Below, piece by piece: positions 35,926 through 47,629 of a DNA stretch of 64,000 bases. The translations under genes were made by a program, and so were the position numbers. The stretch covers positions 36,456,001 to 36,520,000 of the forward strand of contig NC_091999.1 in NCBI RefSeq assembly GCF_044704955.1. Direction: 5' to 3'. Position 1 is the stretch's first letter; every line of letters starts with the position of its first letter. The notes under the pieces are model-generated. The model did no database searches. It saw nothing but the letters and a program-made list of their open reading frames with translations, and was not told where the DNA came from. The DNA is from Pristiophorus japonicus. Its lineage: Eukaryota.

Positions 35926-37902
35926 TGGTGTTTCGGAACTGTTTCTTCTGACTGTCACACTCTGGGTAACTGATCTCATTTCTGCGGCGACTCATCAACT
36001 TTAAAGTCAAACTTTTACGTTTCTCACATATACCAGTTTCTTAAATAACTGAGTTAAATGACACTCCCCGCAATACAGAATCACAATCCAGAAGGTTTAC
36101 AACCGGTCAGGAGGACTCCTGATTCTCACACAGTGAGCAGGCGCACAGAAACAGAACAGACACAAACGGTGCTCCAGGCAGAGAGACCAGTTCAATCTGT
36201 TAATTTCAATGAAGCTGCTTGATTTCTAATTTATTTCTTGTCAATTTCCAACCACCTCAACTCCGCAGATTCTTTGAAATTAAACTGATATTAATTTGAG
36301 AGACTCTTCAGAATCCAGCCATTTTTCCATCTCTGTCAACTTTCTTGGAAACCGTGTAAAAATTAACTCCCCTGAAAGCAAGTATCTGGAAATAATTCAC
36401 ATTCCACGGGAATTTGCTGCCGTCACGGGACTCGGTGACAGAATAAGAATGTCACAATCCAGGAGACATCTACATTGAAATCTGACCACCCACTGATTTG
36501 ATATATTTTCATCAGTAAATATAACCTGTAAAATCATCGAGGCAAAACAGGAAGTTAATTCACCAAAATCTGCAGCGGCACCTTATCGAACTCAGCACAG
36601 CCGGGTTATAAATGCATTGATTTATAAATTAATTTTGGAATTAATTAAACATTCTCTCCAACCATTGAGGTTTTGCAATAACTATAATACGGACCAGTAT
36701 GCAACGCAATTGTAAGGGATCGTTTGTGTTTAATAAATGATCACTGATGTTACATTCTAATTAATGTTCATGTTAGATGATTATTGAAAATAATCTGAGT
36801 GCCTGTCTGGCCCTTCCTCCTCAGAAGCACACTTACCTGCAACATTTGAAATTAACTTAATGTGCCTGAATTTCAGCCTTACTAATACAGCGAAATTTGT
36901 TATTGAGAGACAGGTTTTGGTCTTGCAAAGTGTTCAAGATTAGTTTAGTGAAAGTTTTAACAAACAACACCCAATATTTATTAAACATTGTAGAAACGCC
37001 AAACGGTTTCACAAATTCTAGGTATTCTGAGTGACACAGGCACAAACTCTCCTCAGCAGATCAACACTAAATCACATCACTGAGGGGTCGAATCCCTCGA
37101 CAGAACCTTTCATGGAGCAGACCCTTCACTCTATAAACACTTCCAGCAGAATCAAATGTATCCTTGCAAAAAATCTCATTACAGAATCACCGAACCCGCC
37201 TAACACTGAAATAACTAATGATTGAATTCAACAGAAATTTAAAATACTTTCAGCAGAATTGTGTTTAGACTGTTAAATACATTAATGTTGATATTATAGC
37301 ATATTTAATAATAATTGGTGATATTACTGCATTATAATAATGTTAGTAATATTAATTTAAATCTGTTCCGGCTGGAAATGTGTTAATTGTTCAGTTCTTA
37401 ATTACAGTAACGCTTCACATATTGAATCTAAACTTTCGGGAACATTCGCTCAGTAGATGACAATGTAATTTTCAATAAAAAGCATTCAATTCCTGAAGAT
37501 TATTTATTGATCGCTAAGCTTTCTGTTTTGTGCCTACAATGTTCCTTTAAATAGATTTAAACACAATGTTTGCATTCGATCAGAAAAACTGCAACAATCA
37601 TAGGTCACCGAGATTAAACATTGCAGAAACGTCAAACAGTGTAACAACCATAAAGTATTTAAAGTAACCAGGCACACAGTCGTCAGCGAATAAACACCAA
37701 ATCACATCAACAACATTTTCTGTGGAGAAACTGTTGAATTCTATAATCATTTTGCAGCAGAATCACATTGAGCGTTGCAAAAAATCTCAAAACAAAATCC
37801 ACCGGACCCAAGTTTCAGTGAACGAAATCATTATTAAAATGAACAGAAATATAAAATAAAGACACAAATACAACAGTTTTTGAATGAGTGAATGTTCCTT
37901 AC

Positions 37903-37950
37903 CTGCAGTCACCGTCACCATGGTCCCTTGTCCCCAGTAGCCCGTAGCGT
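37903..37950 (-). CDS. IGHJ: Pre-joined D2-JH segment (ATGYWGQGTMVTVTA)
   Basis: WGxG motif; donor GCAG|GTAAG at 37902; the usual YFD J 5' end is replaced by ACGCTACGGG. Confidence 0.92.
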
Positions 37951-37978
37951 CACAGTGAGATATGTCATGTCAAATACT
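37951..37978 (+). other. 12-bp-spacer recombination signal sequence 5' of DJ
   Basis: Perfect heptamer CACAGTG 37951-37957, 12-nt spacer, nonamer TCAAATACT 37970-37978 (6/9 to ACAAAAACC); no nonamer at 22/23 spacing. Confidence 0.75.
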
Positions 37979-38294
37979 CCGGTGGACTGTAAACTATAAA
38001 ATACAGAGATTAAATTGCACCCAGCTCTAAAAACATGATTCCGACACCCCTAAGAGTGAATCAGTGAGATATTTCAGTTTGTACCGTTCATTATATTTAT
38101 AACAATGATTGGAATACTTCTGAAGCCTCTGTGCAGATTCAGCATGGCAATCACCATTAATAAAGCAGACAAATGTAATACATTTAAATATATATATATA
38201 TCTTACTTCCACTCATTATTTTTATTTAAGCTTCAGTTCCTTCGACGCTCCTGGTGTGGTAGCGATCACAGTTTTGAGCAAACTCCCTGTCTGG

Positions 38295-38332
38295 GGTTTT
38301 TGTATGGAGAGCTCGGTCTGGATAGCACCGTG
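38295..38332 (-). other. 22-bp-spacer (23-class) recombination signal sequence 3' of VD
   Basis: Minus strand: CACGGTG, 22-nt spacer, perfect ACAAAAACC. Confidence 0.92.
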
Positions 38333-38650
38333 ATCCATTGCTGTAGTCCCTTGCACAGAAATAGATGGCGTTGTCTTCGCTCCTCAGATTCTTCATGTCC
38401 AACGTGAAGATGTTGTTTGAAGTGTCTTTGGACGCAGTAAATCGGCTCTCAATCCCTGAGGCATAATACTTGCTCGATGGACTGTAATAGGTAACCAGCC
38501 ACTCCAGCCCCTGTCTGGGAACCTGGCGGATCCAGTACATGTAGCTACCACCAAGATCGAAGCCGCTGGATTGACAGGTCAGTCTCCGGGAGCCTCCGGG
38601 AATCCTGGTCTCTGCCTCGGGCTGAATCAACACCACATCCGAGTGGACAC
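38333..38650 (-). CDS. IGHV: IgM VH exon with a fused D1-like extension
   Basis: ttttacag|(R)[13 protein letters not shown]...LTCQSSGF...[12 protein letters not shown]...RFTASKD...[12 protein letters not shown]; canonical Cys-Trp-Cys; open frame. Confidence 0.97.
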
Positions 38651-38777
38651 CTGTAAAAATAATCAAAAACCCCAGAGGATCAATCCTGGTGAAATGATTC
38701 CTGACGCTGTAACATTCCAGAGAGAAACTAATACTGAGACAGTAACAGTGAGAGATTGCACAATAAAAACTACTCAC

Positions 38778-38823
38778 GGGAAAAGAAAGCCAGCAACAGA
38801 CTGAGAGAAATCGCCAACCTCAT
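38778..38823 (-). CDS. IGHV: IgH leader exon ([15 protein letters not shown])
   Basis: 46-nt hydrophobic exon, C|GTGAG donor, 127-nt intron to the V exon. Confidence 0.95.
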
Positions 38824-38909
38824 CCTCCTGGCAATGTGTGGTGAATGGTTCCGGCAAGAACTCACTGAGCAAACACACTCCCAGACTGTTATATTGCAGT
38901 CCCAGTGAC

Positions 38910-39000
38910 CGGCAGTTAAATACCCGGGAGATGGGGGCGAGGTCACTGGCGCCGCCCATTGATGCCCAGATAGGGGCGGTTTCTGGATCCACATCACTCC
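38910..39000 (-). promoter_or_regulatory. VH promoter: TATA-like element and decamer/CRE-like motifs, no octamer
   Basis: TATTTAA at 38916-38922, ~95 nt upstream of the ATG; AGTGACCTCG (~38938-38947) and AGTGATGTGG (~38989-38998) resemble the AGTGATGTCA decamer; GC box. Confidence 0.55.
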
Positions 39001-40539
39001 TTCCGCATCACCAACAGAATGGACTCACATCTGGACTGTAAATTAAATCCCTTTATTTACTCACTGTTTCACAGGGGTTGTGAATCTCTGAGATTGAATT
39101 ATATTATCAGGGTCCAAAGACACTGCCAGTTTGTGTTTCTCGATCTCCCGCTAACTATCCATGCATCTGTACCAATAAAGTATCCCCTATAATCTGAATT
39201 GTTATCACTCTATTTAACCGAGTGCGAGAGATGGGTAATGTGATTCGATTTACGGTGTACGTGGCTAAAGCTACACTTTTGGTCTGGAGATGAGATCTTG
39301 CTCCTCACATTACGCAATTGTCTCTCATTGCATTTCACTAACTGCCCCTGAGTCTGTGACCCTAAGACAGCTGTTTGTAAAATTAGCTTTAAAATAAGTC
39401 CGCTTGACTGATGATAAAGGAGTGAGTTGACGGAGACACATAATAATATGGGGCCCGTCCGCTTCAGACCTGCGTTTTATGAGAGAAGCTTGTGAATCAG
39501 AACCGATAATGTGATCAGCAAACCTCGACATCCAAATCCTTGCAGCTAACTTTAATAGCGACCGACTGTGTAACAGACACGGGTAACAGGAATTCGGTGT
39601 ATCAGGACATAACGGTATGTTACAGAATATCACAGGAATAAATGCTTCATCTCCAGCAGAAACAAATCACAATCTGGGCATTGCACCACCCAATGGTAAC
39701 CGGGCTATGAGAGGGGGTGTTCAGGGATCCAAATCAGCGCAAATTACACCGCACACTGCGCGGCTACCAATCAGGAATAATAGAGACATTAGTTTAGACC
39801 AGGCGCAAAATTCTGTGAGAATATTAAAGAAGTGCAGCTGGCACTTCTCTGTGAGAATATTCAAGGCAATTCAACCTGTTTTATTTACTTTGCGAATCCC
39901 ACTCATCTCATTACAGTGTGGGGTGAGGCCATTAAACCTCTCTCCAGCACTTCATACTGTACTGAATAAAGTGACTGAATGGTCTAGAATGGTCTTTATT
40001 TGGAAATAGTTTTCCTTAGATACCGTGTGGATCAATTCATTATTTCCGATCTTATCTTATTATATGGCGAGAATGGAATTTATGGAAAATCATTCTTGAG
40101 ATGTTATACCATGTAAAATGCTTCTTATTTTAAAAGTTCGACTGAATAATTTAATGTTCAAATAGTTAAATACCATCTTTCTCCCATTCTTGTTCACGCT
40201 AATCTGACCCACACAATATTTGGCAGTAACCTAACTGACTACCGTCAGCGAGCCTCGAACACCAGTGTCATTTACAGGAAGCATGTGGGTTTCTGTGCAG
40301 TCCATCAAAGGACAGTTTTCTCACTACTGACCGCATGCCGGGAAGCCAACTTCAAAACCTTCACATTGTCAAAATACTTATTTATATACACATCTACCCA
40401 GTAACAGTACTGGAGTTAAGTTTAATTTTTTCGTTGTGTAAATGTTCCCATATCCCAGGAAAGGAAATGTATCCAATGTCTCAGAAACCATGTCAATAGC
40501 AGCAGTCAGCTGGAGTATCAGTACCGCACATAACCCTGC

Positions 40540-40566
40540 AATAGATAGATAGATAGATAGATAGAC

Positions 40567-40598
<32 letters not shown>

Positions 40599-41801
40599 TC
40601 ATAGCTAGCTAGCTAGATAGATTGATATATAGCTAGATAGATAGATAGCTAGATAGATAGATAGATAGAGAGAGAGGGAGAGAANNNNNNNNNNNNNNNN
40701 NNNNNNNNNNNNNNNNNNNNNNNNNNNNNNNNNNNNNNNNNNNNNNNNNNNNNNNNNNNNNNNNNNNNNNNNNNNNNNNNNNNNNNNNNNNNNNNNNNNN
40801 NNNNNNNNNNNNNNNNNNNNNNNNNNNNNNNNNNNNNNNNNNNNNNNNNNNNNNNNNNNNNNNNNNNNNNNNNNNNNNNNNNNNNNNNNNNNNNNNNNNN
40901 NNNNNNNNNNNNNNNNNNNNNNNNNNNNNNNNNNNNNNNNNNNNNNNNNNNNNNNNNNNNNNNNNNNNNNNNNNNNNNNNNNNNNNNNNNNNNNNNNNNN
41001 NNNGATAGATTGATATATAGCTAGATAGATAGATAGCTAGATAGATAGATAGATAGAGAGAGAGGGAGAGAAAGAGATAGATACATAAANNNNNNNNNNN
41101 NNNNNNNNNNNNNNNNNNNNNNNNNNNNNNNNNNNNNNNNNNNNNNNNNNNNNNNNNNNNNNNNNNNNNNNNNNNNNNNNNNNNNNNNNNNNNNNNNNNN
41201 NNNNNNNNNNNNNNNNNNNNNNNNNNNNNNNNNNNNNNNNNNNNNNNNNNNNNNNNNNNNNNNNNNNNNNNNNNNNNNNNNNNNNNNNNNNNNNNNNNNN
41301 NNNNNNNNNNNNNNNNNNNNNNNNNNNNNNNNNNNNNNNNNNNNNNNNNNNNNNNNNNNNNNNNNNNNNNNNNNNNNNNNNNNNNNNNNNNNNNNNNNNN
41401 NNNNNNNNNTAGATTGATATATAGCTAGATAGATAGATAGCTAGATAGATAGATAGATAGAGAGAGAGGGAGAGAAAGAGATAGATAAATAAATNNNNNN
41501 NNNNNNNNNNNNNNNNNNNNNNNNNNNNNNNNNNNNNNNNNNNNNNNNNNNNNNNNNNNNNNNNNNNNNNNNNNNNNNNNNNNNNNNNNNNNNNNNNNNN
41601 NNNNNNNNNNNNNNNNNNNNNNNNNNNNNNNNNNNNNNNNNNNNNNNNNNNNNNNNNNNNNNNNNNNNNNNNNNNNNNNNNNNNNNNNNNNNNNNNNNNN
41701 NNNNNNNNNNNNNNNNNNNNNNNNNNNNNNNNNNNNNNNNNNNNNNNNNNNNNNNNNNNNNNNNNNNNNNNNNNNNNNNNNNNNNNNNNNNNNNNNNNNN
41801 N
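40540..41801. repeat. (GATA)n-based tandem repeat interrupted by three N-runs (40685-41003, 41090-41409, 41495-41801)
   Basis: Near-identical 'gattgatatatagctagatagatag...gagagagggagagaa' islands between the gaps. Confidence 0.9.
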
Positions 41802-44040
41802 AAGGATCAGTGCTAGGTCCACTATTGTTCACAACTTATATTAACAATTTAGATTTTGGAGTCAAAAACACAACTTCTACATTTCCGAATGCACGCGGGG
41901 CCGGCGTGTCGGGGTGTAAATACTGTGGAACACTTCAACGAATTACAAGAATACATGAATTGACTAATTAATTTCAACACAGAAAATAATGGGGTATTAC
42001 ATTTTGGTAAGAAAAATAAAGAGGTCACTTATCACGTTTAAAATAAGAATCTAAGTAGGATGGAGGAACAAAGGTCTCTGAGAGTGCAAATACACACATC
42101 ACTAAAACTTGCGACGCAGGTTAATAATTCCATAAAAAGAAGAATACTTGAACTCGGGTTTATTTCGAGAGGGATAGAAAACTAAAAGTGCAAAACTTAT
42201 GCTAAACTTGGTTAGACCACACTTGAAGTACTTTGTATAATTGACCCAATTCCCCGCCCTTTCCCCGAAGCCCTGCATTTGTTTCCATTCAGATATGTGG
42301 ATAGTGCAGGGAAGTGCAGTTGAGGCAGAAGATCAGCCATGATCTCGTTGAATGACAGAACAGGCTCGAGGCACCGTATGGCCTAATCCTGCTCCCAATT
42401 CTTATGTTCTTATGTTCTGATTTTCTCGTAAATATGGACATTACATACTCAATCTCTCCTCACAGGTCAGCACCACCCCCCCACCCCCGCACCCCCTCCA
42501 CCCCCGCCGCCGACCCAGGAATTAGGTCAGTCTGATGAATCTTAGATGCACTCCCTCCAAGGCAAGTGTATCCTTCTTTCGGTAAGGAGAACACAACTGT
42601 ACACAATAAACCAGGTGTAGTCTCAGCAGGGCCCTATATATGTGCATGAAGGCTTCTTTGCTCTAATACTCCAATCCTTTTGCAATAAAATGTTGCTTAC
42701 CATTTGCGTTCCTAATTGCTCACTTTGGCTCTATTTTAGCTTTCTGTGATTCGTGTACAAGGCCATCCAGGTCTTTATGAACAACAACATTACCCAGTTT
42801 CTCAGCATTCAAAAAATATTCTTGTTTCTATTTGTCCTACAAAAATGCGTAACTTCACACTTCTCCACATTATACTCAAGCTGTCATGTTCTTGCCCACT
42901 CACTTAACCTGTCAATATCCCTTTGCAGCCTCCTTACTTCTTCCTCACTGTTTACTGTCCCACCTAACTTTGTATTGTACAGTACGGTAATTTAACTGAT
43001 TTTCTATACACGTGTAGAAGCTCTAACAATCTGTTTTTAGGTTTTTGATAGCTTATTTAATTTTATATTTTCTCCCATATTCTCAGTTGCATGTGCATCT
43101 TTTGCAGAATTCTAAAATCTTCTCAATTGTCGGGCTTACTGCTCTTTTTGTCAACATTCTAAGTTGTTCATTTAATGCACTACTATCTTTAACTTCCCTT
43201 GTTAGCCATGGTTGTACCATTTTTCCTGTGAGGTTTTTATTCATTATGGAAGTTTATCTAATCTGACGGCTCTGTGTGATGGCTTGAAGGTGAATTTGCA
43301 ACAATAATTTTGATATTCCGCCCTTGATACTTTCTGATCATCTGCACCTCTAGTGGTTTGCTCTAAAAAAAAATCCTCTGGGTAAACGTTCAAGCAAGTT
43401 ATTGTGGTTGGAATTATGAATCATGTTTCAAGTAAGCTCTGGGGCTTGCAGTAGATATCGTTTATCAGCAGGTGGCGACAGTGATCATATTGATACATGA
43501 GTCATGTGGAGACGGATGTTGCTGAGCATTTCAGTCACCGTCTGCATTGTCAAAACAAGTAAAACAATATAATTAATGCGTCTCAGTCAGTCAAATTTGA
43601 AGGGAGCATGTATCCTTAGAAATAATCTGAAGGGCAAATAATGATTGCATTTATTTCAATCCATATTTTAGGAAGATTGTCAGGCTCTTGCTAAGGATGC
43701 AGAGGACATTGCTACAAGGCATGAGGGAGTTCAGTTATGTGGAGACGAGAGAGGATGGGATTATTCTTATTATAGGAGGGAATGCTTCGGGGGGAATTAA
43801 AATTGTGAAGGGGTTTCATAGAGTTGATATTAAAGTAGGGTTTCCATCGGCAGGTCTATCGGTAAGCAGAGGACAAATATTAAGGTGATTGATAAAATAA
43901 ATAAAAGAAGGGAGATAAGGAGATTTTTTATGCAGCGAGTTGTAATAACCTGGAATGTAGTGCTTGAAAGGGTTATGGCAGCAGATTCAATCATAACTTT
44001 CAAATAGGGAAATCAATATGTATTTGAAAAGGAAAGATGA
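41802..44040. mobile_element. Cluster of decayed CR1 fragments in both orientations
   Basis: GSVLGPLLF remnant at 41802; CR1 3' tail at ~42300-42420; reverse fragment at ~42520-43260; 'MREFSYVE' at ~43690-44030. Confidence 0.7.
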
Positions 44041-44069
44041 TCTGGTGTAATAAAATGAGAGAGAGTGTC

Positions 44070-44945
44070 GAGGATAATATAAACAGAGACAGTGCCTGGC
44101 GTAATATAAAAAGAGACAGGGTTTCCTGTAATATAAACTGAGACAGAATCTACTGTAATGTAAACAGAGACAGGGTCGAGTGTAAAATAAACAGGGATAG
44201 TGTCTGGAAGAATATATAGAGAGACAGGGTCTAGTGTAATATAAACAGAGACAGGGTCCAGTGTAATATAAACAGAGACAGGGTCTAGTGTAATATAAAC
44301 AGGGATAGTGTCTGAAAGAATATAAACAGAGACAGGGTCTACTGTAATATAAACAGAGCAGGGTCTAGTTTAATATAAACAGAGGCAGGGTCTAGTGTAA
44401 TATAAACAGAGATAGGTTATAATTTAATATAAACAGAGACACTGTCCAGTGTAATATAAGCAGATACAGGGTCTCGTGCAATATAAACAGAGACAGGGTC
44501 TAGTGTAATATAAACTGGGACAGGGTCTAGTGTAGTATAAACAGAGACAGGGTCTAGTGTAATATAAACTGGGACAGGGTCTAGTGTACTATAAACAGGG
44601 CCAGGGTCTACTGTAATATAAACAGAGACTGGGTCTAGTACAATATAAACAGAGACAGGGTCTTGTGTAATATAAACAGAGACACGGACTCGGGTAATAT
44701 AAACAGAGACTGGCTCTAGTGTAATATAAACAGAGACAGGGTCTAGTGTAATATAAACTGGGACAGGGTCTAGTGTAATATAAACAGAGGCTGGGTCTAG
44801 TACAATATAAACAGAGACAGAGTCTTGTGTAATATAAACAGAGACAGGGACTCGGGTAATTTATACAGAGACAGGCTCTGGTGTAATATAAACAGAGACT
44901 GAGTCCAGTGTAATATAAACAGAGACAGGGTCCAGTGTAATATTA
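44070..44945 (-). repeat. 27-bp satellite array (aacagagacagggtctagtgtaatata)
   Basis: Period 27; reverse complement of the arrays downstream. Confidence 0.95.
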
Positions 44946-45109
44946 GATAGAAGTACAGATAGATGGATAGAAGTACGAATCGACGGACGGAAAGACGGAT
45001 GGACCGATCAACCGAACGACAGACAGACAGACAGACAGATAGACAGTCAGACAGACATGAAAATTTGCATGGCTGGAATGTTGCTATCAAATTACTCTAG
45101 ACATTCTAT

Positions 45110-46055
45110 ATGTTTAAATTACTCTAGACCCTGGTTAATTATAACTGCACTCGACCATCTCTCTATTCAGATTGCCCAAGGCCCTGTCTCAGCTATTACT
45201 GCACTCGTCTTGGGCTCTATTTTATTACTGTAGATCTTGTCTCAGTTACACTGCACTAGACATGGTCTCTGTTTTTATTATGCTAGGCTCTGTATCAGTT
45301 ATCACATTTCTAGACCCTCCGTTATAATACATTAGAACCTGTCTCAGTTACTACTGAACTAGACGCTGTCTCTGTTTATATTACCGTACCCCTTGTTTCT
45401 GTCAATATTTCACTAGTCCCTGTCTCTCCTTATATTACACTAGACTCTGTCTCAGTTTATATTGCACTAGAAAATGTCAATGTTTCTAATACAATAGATC
45501 ATGTATTAGTTATTATTAGAGCACGATATCCTTTATTATATTATGTTAGACACTGTCACTCTTTATATTATACTATCTCCTGTCTCTTTATAATAGATTG
45601 GTAGATTGGTCCTTTCTCTGTTTATATTACACTAGACCTTGTCTCTATTTATATTACACTAGACCCTGTCTCTATTTATATTGCACTCGAACCTGCCTCT
45701 GTTTCTATTATACTAGACCCTGTATTTTATATATTACACTAGACACTGTCTCTGTTTATATTACACTAGAGACTGTCTCTGTTTATATTACACTAGACCC
45801 TGTATTTTTTATACTACACTAGACCCTGTCTCTGTTTATATTACACGAGACCCTGTATTTTCTATATTACACTAGACACGGTCTCTGTTTATATTACACT
45901 AGACCCTGTCTCTGTTTAAGTTACGCTAGACACTGTCTCTGTTTATATTACACTAGACGCTGTGTCTGTTTATTTTACACTAGACCTTGTCACTATATCC
46001 TCACTCTGTCTATGTTACAATTGGACCTGTCTCGGTTATTACTGCACTGGACCCT
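45110..46055 (+). repeat. 27-bp satellite array (tatattacactagaccctgtctctgtt)
   Basis: Period 27; gives 9-aa repeats VYITLDPVS in the ORF track. Confidence 0.93.
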
Positions 46056-46289
46056 GGGGTATAGATGTGTCCATAGAGATCAAATCGACCAATCCGTGTG
46101 GCTGAGGGTCAGAGATCGCACTGATTTAGCTATGGCGACCAAGTCACATTGATGACGCTGCATTGTTGTGAATAATGACGTCGCCCATTGTTTACGTGTT
46201 GCTGACGTGATGATGTCAAACAGGTAAAAACGAAATGCAATATACAGGAAGTTGCACTGATAATAACATTTTTCTGGGATAGTGATGTC

Positions 46290-46780
46290 ACACTGTGCCA
46301 TCAAACATTCCCAGGGCAGGTACAGCGCGAATCTATACAGAGAAAAGCTCCCTTGATTCTGTCCCATCAAACACTCCCAGCTCAGGTATAGCACGATTCG
46401 AGAAACAGTAAACGTCCCTCAACACCGTCACATCAAACACTCCCAGGGCAGGTACAGCACGGTTTAGATAGAGAGTAAAGCTTGCTCTACACCGTCCCAT
46501 CAAACTCTCCCAGGGCTAGTACAGCACTGGTCTATACAGAGTAAAGCTCCCTCCACACTGTCCCAGCAAACACTCCCAGGGCAGATATAGCATGGGTTAG
46601 CTACAGAGTAAAGCCCGCTCTACACTGTCCCATTAAACTCTCTCAAGGCAGGTACATCACTGGTCTATGCAGAGCAAAGCTACCTCGAAACCGTCCCATC
46701 AATCACTTCCAGGGCAGGTACTGCACGGGGTTAGATGCAGAGTAAAGTTCCCTTTACAGAGTCCCGTCAAACACTCAGGA
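46290..46780 (-). repeat. 67-bp satellite array
   Basis: Same unit as 3595-3885, reversed. Confidence 0.88.
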
Positions 46781-47629
46781 TCTTTGAGTTCACACGACAT
46801 ATTTTATTATAAAACTGCCTCTCTGCACACCCACCAATTTGGTTTGAAGCCTGGAAATAGATCTTAGGGAACATTTTTGGTAGACATTGACTTCTTATTG
46901 TGAGGTGAAGATAATGAGGCATTCTTTAGAGGCAAGGCAGAAGGTGTGGATAGCAGAGAGAGGCAGAGAGGGAGGGAATACAGGGAATTGTCACGAATAA
47001 ATTTGAGCTGTCACTAAATACGTTGACTAGCATCTTTCCCATTCTGACTGTGGATATCATCATTGATTTGTTCACCAATACGTGAAAGAAATATCTGAAA
47101 CATCAATTGTTGCTGGTATCCGTTGAGACATTAACATTTCTCTCTCTGTTTATTTCTATTCTGTATTGATGAGGAAACATTGTTTGTGTTTCTGTCGTTC
47201 AATATTCTAATCTGGGATTTCTATTTCTGTGTTTATTTACATAAACATCTCACTGGTTTCCATGAAGTGTGTTCATGGCAGCAAAAGCAGATCCACAAAG
47301 TCACTTACTGATTCGTTTTAACTAACAGCACGGGTTTATTTTATGAATATTGATAGGTGGTACAAAGAAATGGAAATATATCCAGCAGTGACATCGGTTT
47401 TTGGTTTGTTCAACTAGAAGAGATGTGATTTTTATCAAAGGGAAAATATTAAAATTAAAAATTCATTTCTGAAAATTCTGCTACCAAAGTCAGTGGAACT
47501 TCTCTGAACAGATCAGTGATTCACTGGATGTCCATTTAGCGTAAGATTCCAGCCATTTAAACTAAAGAAGTTAGAACAGCGACCAGAGGAATGAAGCATT
47601 GCAACGTGTATTTTAAATGTTGACATTTA

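Noticed and set aside
36825-36860. Second J (donor-like acttacctgc)
   Set aside because: No WGxG coding sequence or RSS adjacent.
37958-37990. Conventional 22/23-spacer RSS in front of J
   Set aside because: No nonamer-like sequence at 22 or 23 nt (ggtggactg); the only candidate lies at 12 nt.
37979-38294. Free D segments between V and J
   Set aside because: No paired heptamers flanking a short core; only isolated partial matches (ctctgtg, cacagtt).
41037-41832. ORFs spanning N-runs
   Set aside because: Artefacts of ambiguous bases.
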